DNA from: an uncultured Polyangiaceae bacterium
GTDB taxonomy: Bacteria > Myxococcota_A > Polyangia > Palsa-1104
Assembly (NCBI GenBank): GCA_964585665.1
Contig: CAZPEY010000003.1
Location: 1,203-56,255 of the forward strand
Length of the DNA stretch: 55,053 nt
Direction of reading: 5' to 3'
Of this stretch, positions 52,373-55,053 are shown piece after piece. The notes beneath the pieces were generated by a model, which was given only the letters and a program-made list of their open reading frames with translations, was not told the DNA's origin and made no database searches. Every line of letters begins with the position of its first letter. The first letter of the stretch is position 1. Position numbers and translations under genes: made by a program.

Positions 52373-54691
52373 ATGCGCCCACTCTTCGCCTTGCTCGTTC
52401 TGTTGTCGTGCGCGGGCGTGAGCCGCGCCGCGACCTTCACGGTGACCAAGACCACGGACAGCGCGGACGGCGTCTGCGACAGCGACTGCTCGCTGCGCGA
52501 GGCGATCACGCTCGCCAACGCCAACGCCGACGCCGACACGATCACGCTCGACGCCATCGGAACGTACACGCTCGGATCGGTGCTGCCCGCGATCACCTCC
52601 TCGGTGACGCTCGTGGGCAAGGGGGCGAGCCAGACGATCCTCGACGCGAGCGGCGGCTGGCCGGCGCTGAGTCTGGGTGCGTATGACCCGACTGCGGCGA
52701 CGTTCGTGATCTCGTCGCTCACGGTCCGGGGCGGCACCCGCGGCCTGCAAGCCGACTACCTCGTCGGTGATACGCTCACGGTGACGGACTGCATCTTCAG
52801 CAACAACTCGGACGCTGGCATCTACCTGTACGCCCCGGCCAACAGCGGCACCGTCACCCTCGACAACGTCATCTCGCGCAACAACGCCATCGGCATCTAC
52901 GCCACGACCGGTGGCTACCTGACGATGACGCTGCGCAACGGCTCGGTCATCGAGAACAACTCCTCGTACGGCGTCCAGATCGCGGGGGGCAACACGAACG
53001 GCTCGATCGTCGACACGACGATCGAGGGCAACGAGCATGGCGTGTCGGTCAACACCTCGGGCTCCTTCGAGGTGTCGCGCTCCCTGCTGCGCGACAACAT
53101 CGTGACCAGCGCTGGCCTGCCCCACGGCGCCGGCATCGTGCTCCTCTACGGCAATCTCAAGCTCGTCAACAGCACCCTCAGCGGCAACAAGGCGCTGCAG
53201 TACGGCGGCGGCATCGCGGTGCTCGGCGGTACGCTCCAGGTCAACAACGTCACGCTGTCCGGCAACGTCGCCGATCGCAGCGGCGCCGGGACCGGAGACG
53301 GCGGCGGCTTCGCGCTGCTCAGCGGCAGCGCGACCATCAACAACACGCTGTTCGCCAACAACGTCGACAGCGGCGGACAGGCGCCCGACTGCTCCGGCTC
53401 GCTCGGCGGCGGCGACTACAACCTGCTGACCTCGGCGACGGGATGCACCGTCGGCGGCGTGGCCAACCAGGTCGCCGCGCCACTCGTCGACGTGCTCGCC
53501 AGCAACGGTGGAAAGACACAGACGCACAAGCTCCTCGCCGGCAGCCCGGCGCTCAACGCGGGCCGTCCCACCGTCGGCGCGGGCAGCGGCACGCCGTGCG
53601 AAGCGGGCGATCAGCGGAACCTCGCGCTGCGCAGCAACTCGCCGCGTTGTGACATCGGCGCGCTCGAGAGCGAGCTCGTGGAGCTGCAGCTTCAGGCTAG
53701 CGCTTCGCCGAGCTCGCTCGTCGGTGGCGGAACGTCGACGCTGTCGTACACGGTCAGCACGCTGCAGCCGAACCCGGCCAACAACCTGTCGCTCGTCGTC
53801 ACGCTGCCCTACGGCATCAGCCTCGCACCGAGCAACCCGTTTACCTCGAAGAACGGTAGCTGGAGCTGTAGCGGCTCGAGCATCGTGACCTGCACGCTCG
53901 GCATCCTCGGCGTCGGTGCCGCGGCCACGGTCGAGATCGCCGTCCAGGTCAACAGCGGCAGCGCCACCCGTTCGGTCAACGCGAAGCTCACGTCCGACGA
54001 AACGAAGGGCGATCTGTCGGGCGATTTCGTACCCAGCAACAACCAGACAGTCACCGATCTCCTGATCAACCCGGCCGACCTCAAGATCACCGTGCAGGCC
54101 GCCGGCGATCCGACCGTGCTCAGCAGCACCGTGGTCTTGACGCTCACCGCCACCAACCAGGGACCGGCGGGCGCCGCGAGCGTCCTCGTCTACGACCTGC
54201 TCCCACCCGGCCTCCAGCTCGTCAGCGCGGCGCCCAGCCAAGGCTCCGTCTGCGCGGGCACGACGACGATCGAGTGCGCGCTCGGCACCATCGCCAACGG
54301 CGCCTCGGCCACCGTCACGATCACCACCAAGGTCGTGCTGCCCGGCCCAGCGAGCAACAGCGCCAGTGTCGCCTCCAACGAGCCCGATCCGAACATCCTC
54401 GACAACGCCGTCACGACCTCGCTCGGTCCGACGCCAGATCTCGGCGGCGCGACCGGCAGCACCGATGGCGGCACGACCGACGGCACCGACGCTGGCACGA
54501 CTGGCGGCGCCGACGCAGGAGGCACGGACGCGCAGCCCGGCAACACCGGCGCAACCGATCTCGGCGCGGATCCCGGCGCGACCAGCACGCCGAAGAGCGG
54601 CTGCAGCCTCGCCGCCGCTCCAAGCCCCGACGCGCTGCCGCTGCTGCTGTCGCTCGCAGGGATCGCGATCCGCACTCGCCGCCGTCGCTGA
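52373..54691 (+). CDS. Secreted CSLREA-domain / right-handed beta-helix protein with DUF11-type repeats and a MYXO-CTERM tail
   Basis: AGGAGG precedes the ATG. Signal peptide ...GVSRA. The motif DGVCDSDCSLREAITLANAN is present. Parallel beta-helix repeats follow (NNSDAGIYLY, NNSSYGVQIAGG, GNEHGVSVN). The DUF11-like repeats include LTLTATNQGPAGAASVLVYDLLPPGLQLVS. Confidence 0.85.
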   Translation: MRPLFALLVLLSCAGVSRAATFTVTKTTDSADGVCDSDCSLREAITLANANADADTITLDAIGTYTLGSVLPAITSSVTLVGKGASQTILDASGGWPALSLGAYDPTAATFVISSLTVRGGTRGLQADYLVGDTLTVTDCIFSNNSDAGIYLYAPANSGTVTLDNVISRNNAIGIYATTGGYLTMTLRNGSVIENNSSYGVQIAGGNTNGSIVDTTIEGNEHGVSVNTSGSFEVSRSLLRDNIVTSAGLPHGAGIVLLYGNLKLVNSTLSGNKALQYGGGIAVLGGTLQVNNVTLSGNVADRSGAGTGDGGGFALLSGSATINNTLFANNVDSGGQAPDCSGSLGGGDYNLLTSATGCTVGGVANQVAAPLVDVLASNGGKTQTHKLLAGSPALNAGRPTVGAGSGTPCEAGDQRNLALRSNSPRCDIGALESELVELQLQASASPSSLVGGGTSTLSYTVSTLQPNPANNLSLVVTLPYGISLAPSNPFTSKNGSWSCSGSSIVTCTLGILGVGAAATVEIAVQVNSGSATRSVNAKLTSDETKGDLSGDFVPSNNQTVTDLLINPADLKITVQAAGDPTVLSSTVVLTLTATNQGPAGAASVLVYDLLPPGLQLVSAAPSQGSVCAGTTTIECALGTIANGASATVTITTKVVLPGPASNSASVASNEPDPNILDNAVTTSLGPTPDLGGATGSTDGGTTDGTDAGTTGGADAGGTDAQPGNTGATDLGADPGATSTPKSGCSLAAAPSPDALPLLLSLAGIAIRTRRRR
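54596..54688 (+). other. MYXO-CTERM-like C-terminal sorting signal
   Basis: SGCSLAAAPSPDALPLLLSLAGIAIRTRRRR. Confidence 0.75.
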
Positions 54692-54718
54692 GCGTTCATC
54701 AACCTGGAGGTCCGCGCC

Positions 54719-55053
54719 ATGCACTGCCGTTCGATCCCCCACCTCGTGCTGCTCCCCCTCTCGATCGCCTGGGCGCTCGCTGGCTGCCAGTCGCAGCCGC
54801 CCGACGCGAGCCTGCACCAGGATCCGCCGCGCGGCCCGCAGGACGACGAGCGCGTCGCCCGCCGCGGCGCCCCTGTCACCGTCGAAGTCGTCGACGATCC
54901 GACGAAGGCGCCCGATCCACGAGACCACCCCGCCGAGGTCACGGTGCTCGACGGCAGGCTCGGCGTGCACGACCTCGACGGCCCCGCGAAGTCCACCGAG
55001 GTCGTGATGGGCCGCGACGATCGCTACCGCGTCTCACCGACCAACACCTTCCC
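54719..55053 (+). CDS. Lipoprotein, 5' partial at the window edge; possibly a trypsin-like (S1B glutamyl endopeptidase-type) serine protease
   Basis: GGAGG (54706-54710) precedes the ATG at 54719. It has a perfect lipobox, WALAGC. The frame stays open to the end of the window. VMGRDDRYRVSPTNTF resembles the mature N-terminus (DDR..V) of S1B proteases. It is absent from the ORF track because no stop codon is reached. Confidence 0.55.
   Translation, partial: MHCRSIPHLVLLPLSIAWALAGCQSQPPDASLHQDPPRGPQDDERVARRGAPVTVEVVDDPTKAPDPRDHPAEVTVLDGRLGVHDLDGPAKSTEVVMGRDDRYRVSPTNTF

Noticed and set aside
52343-54970. 875-aa minus-strand ORF antisense to the CSLREA/beta-helix gene
   Set aside because: Arg/Ala/Gly/Asp-rich shadow ORF. 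The plus strand has a signal peptide, the CSLREA motif, repeats and a MYXO-CTERM tail.

Overview
Gene-dense, very GC-rich DNA (about 70 percent by eye, not computed). It holds about 45 protein-coding genes on both strands, and the largest intergenic gaps are about 210-230 bp. I found no rRNA, tRNA, CRISPR array, transposase, integrase or phage-like gene. Several features point to a member of the Myxococcota (inference): four Hanks-type Ser/Thr kinases, an FHA-domain sigma-54 enhancer-binding protein, two MYXO-CTERM-like sorting tails, many PEGA/Kelch/TPR/NHL lipoproteins, and operons coupled through overlapping GTG/TTG starts. Main points: (1) A roughly 1240-aa surface lipoprotein (16192..19923) carries ten heme c motifs in a 5+5 MtrC/OmcA-like layout. 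It is fused to a collagen-like Gly-X-Y stalk, preceded by a near-consensus sigma-54 promoter, and followed by a parvulin-type PPIase and a papain-like peptidase with a poly-acidic tail. (2) A seven-gene envelope redox cluster (37096..42359) sits behind a perfect sigma-54 promoter: Tat-Rieske lipoprotein, TlpA thioredoxin, CX4CH lipoprotein, DUF4266, DUF3570, outer-membrane barrel, and a monoheme MYXO-CTERM protein. (3) A six-gene, entirely extracytoplasmic unit (23189..30294) faces a divergent HTH-PBP regulator: PstS-like binding protein, OprP-like porin, TonB-dependent receptor and three lipoproteins. (4) A bipartite element of about 35 bp, TGTAC-N5-TTGCGCAG plus a hairpin, occurs three times in intergenic DNA. 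Two copies lie upstream of perfect sigma-54 promoters, and one of those abuts the FHA-EBP gene. (5) A 589-aa divergent GlpX-like protein (13828..15597). All family assignments come from recognising motifs by eye in the supplied translations, not from database searches. Start codons were re-derived from the DNA where the ORF track ran upstream into antisense sequence.
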